Part shown: positions 63,088-64,000 of the stretch, in pieces | How positions within the stretch are numbered: the stretch's first letter is position 1 | Layout of the letters: the number at the start of each line of letters is the position of its first letter | NCBI GenBank assembly: GCA_963678505.2 | Contig: CAXXFP010000002.1 | Span: 21,322-85,321 of the forward strand | Source: Oscillospiraceae bacterium | GTDB taxonomy: Bacteria; Bacillota; Clostridia; Oscillospirales; JAVBQB01 | Reading direction: 5' to 3' | Length of the DNA stretch: 64,000 bases | Made by a program: the position numbers and the translations under genes | The notes under the pieces: generated by a model | Told to the model about the DNA's origin: nothing | The model's database searches: none | Seen by the model: the letters and a program-made list of their open reading frames with translations, nothing else

Positions 63088-63564
63088 ATGTTCATTTTAA
63101 CAGCCAGGCTGACCCGACGCAAGCTTGCGGGCGCCGTGATCGCGGGTGGGTTCCTGCTATGCGCATTCATCATCATGGCTGCAAATCGGGATGCCCTGCC
63201 GCGCAGCTCCCCATCTGTCCCACAATCCGGCCGGCTCATTACCAACGACGACCGGCTGGCCTATATCGCATCTTTGGGCTGGGATGTTTCGCCCGATCCT
63301 GAAGAATCCAAGGAGGTGCTGCTTCCAGAAACATTTGACGACGTATACAGTCAGTATAACGAGCTTCAGGCGACACAGGGCTTTGATCTGAAAAATTATT
63401 CCGGGAAAAAAGTCGAGCAGTATACCTATCGCATAAAAAATGCTTCCCCGGACGAACCGGCTGCCTATCTGAGTATTCTTATCTATAAGGCCCATGTCAT
63501 CGGCGGAGATGTACACTCCGCAGCACTCGACGGTTTTATGCAGGGGCTGGTAAAAAAGTCCTGA
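63088..63564 (+). CDS. DUF4830-like small membrane-anchored protein
   Basis: N-terminal TM helix, then YIASLGWDVSPDPEESKEVLLPETFDDVYSQYNELQ...GFDL...YTY, typical of DUF4830. Confidence 0.7.
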   Translation: MFILTARLTRRKLAGAVIAGGFLLCAFIIMAANRDALPRSSPSVPQSGRLITNDDRLAYIASLGWDVSPDPEESKEVLLPETFDDVYSQYNELQATQGFDLKNYSGKKVEQYTYRIKNASPDEPAAYLSILIYKAHVIGGDVHSAALDGFMQGLVKKS

Positions 63565-63651
63565 AAAACTGCTCCTCCCAAATGATGCAAAAAACGCGCC
63601 CGCGCGGCACGAAAAAATAACGGACCGTACCATTTTAAAACTGTCTGGAAC

Positions 63652-63683
63652 CATACAAGCGCCGCGTAAGCGGCGCTTGTATG
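63652..63683. terminator. 14-bp hairpin in a convergent intergenic region
   Basis: CATACAAGCGCCGC-GTAA-GCGGCGCTTGTATG. There is no clear U-run. Confidence 0.4.
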
Positions 63684-63837
63684 CGCGTGTCAATAAAAGC
63701 CTGCACGCTCAAAAGCCGGCAGCCCGCCGGAAACATCCGCCTCCACGACGATTTTATACGCCCGCAGCCCGAAAAGCCCAATGCTCAGAAAAGAATCAGT
63801 TACCGCTTACTCCCATAATCAAGTGCTCTTCCGCCAC

Positions 63838-63907
63838 GGCTCCCAGTCACGACTCCCGTCACGGCTCCCGTCATGGCTCCCGTCATGGCTCCCGTCATGG
63901 CTTCCCC
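63838..63907. repeat. Tandem array of about 5.5 units of 12 nt (GGCTCCCGTCAT)
   Basis: Units start at 63838 (13 nt), 63851, 63863, 63875 and 63887, with a partial unit at 63899. The three central units are identical. Confidence 0.9.
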
Positions 63908-64000
63908 TGGGGGAAGCTGTCCGCTTCGCGGACTGATGAGGGTTTCTCAGTTCCTTTACTTTTCTGTCAATGCCATCACAGCCGTCATTGAAATTTCTTT

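Noticed and set aside
63919-63941. A hammerhead-ribozyme-like CTGATGAG box directly after a GTCCGC/GCGGAC hairpin.
   Set aside because: There is no stem II hairpin followed by GAAA after the box, and no plausible stem III or cleavage-site context. The match to the core heptamer alone is expected by chance.

Overview
GC-rich chromosomal core region with Clostridia-type gene order (taxon is an inference from synteny and protein similarity, not computed). Most genes lie on the minus strand. The recognisable blocks are listed here.

- **str/rpoBC block:** rpoB-rpoC-L7Ae-rpsL-rpsG.
- **tRNA-Leu locus:** a tRNA-Leu(GAG) followed by a small low-GC islet carrying a DinB-family gene.
- **mgsA.**
- **Metal transport:** a translationally coupled Ca-type P-type ATPase and CDF transporter pair.
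- **rplU-prp-rpmA-obg.**
- **queH-fur-mutY.**
- **efp-pepP-aroQ.**
- **yqeG...leuS cluster:** yqeG, rpsU, leuS, rsfS, an LCP gene, yqeK, nadD, yhbY and rdgB.
- **ftsY-smc-rnc-acpP-plsX-trmFO-topA-dprA.**
- **trkAH, lysS, greA.**
- **Envelope cluster:** ftsEX-M23-ctpA.
- **Right-hand end:** a PucR-type regulator, an orphan sugar-ABC ATPase and rsuA.

I saw no rRNA, CRISPR array, transposase, integrase or recognisable defence system.

The observations that annotation does not explain:

1. An 18-unit 13-nt tandem array sits at the 3' end of ctpA. On the gene strand it reads as GGCC-stem/GGA-loop modules, like a CsrB-type sponge.
2. At least 15 frame-disrupting lesions are confined to 28.5-33.7 kb. 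They hit normally indispensable genes (leuS, rsfS, yqeK, yhbY, rdgB and an LCP gene). Conserved genes elsewhere read cleanly.
3. A consensus promoter, a structured ~110-nt RNA and an intrinsic terminator lie upstream of the ATPase/CDF operon.
4. Two diverged copies of a ~150-nt multi-hairpin intergenic element show compensatory stem changes.
5. A second tandem array (12-nt units) and a duplicated terminator module are present.

All functional readings of these are hypotheses. I had no tools for folding, homology or Rfam searches.
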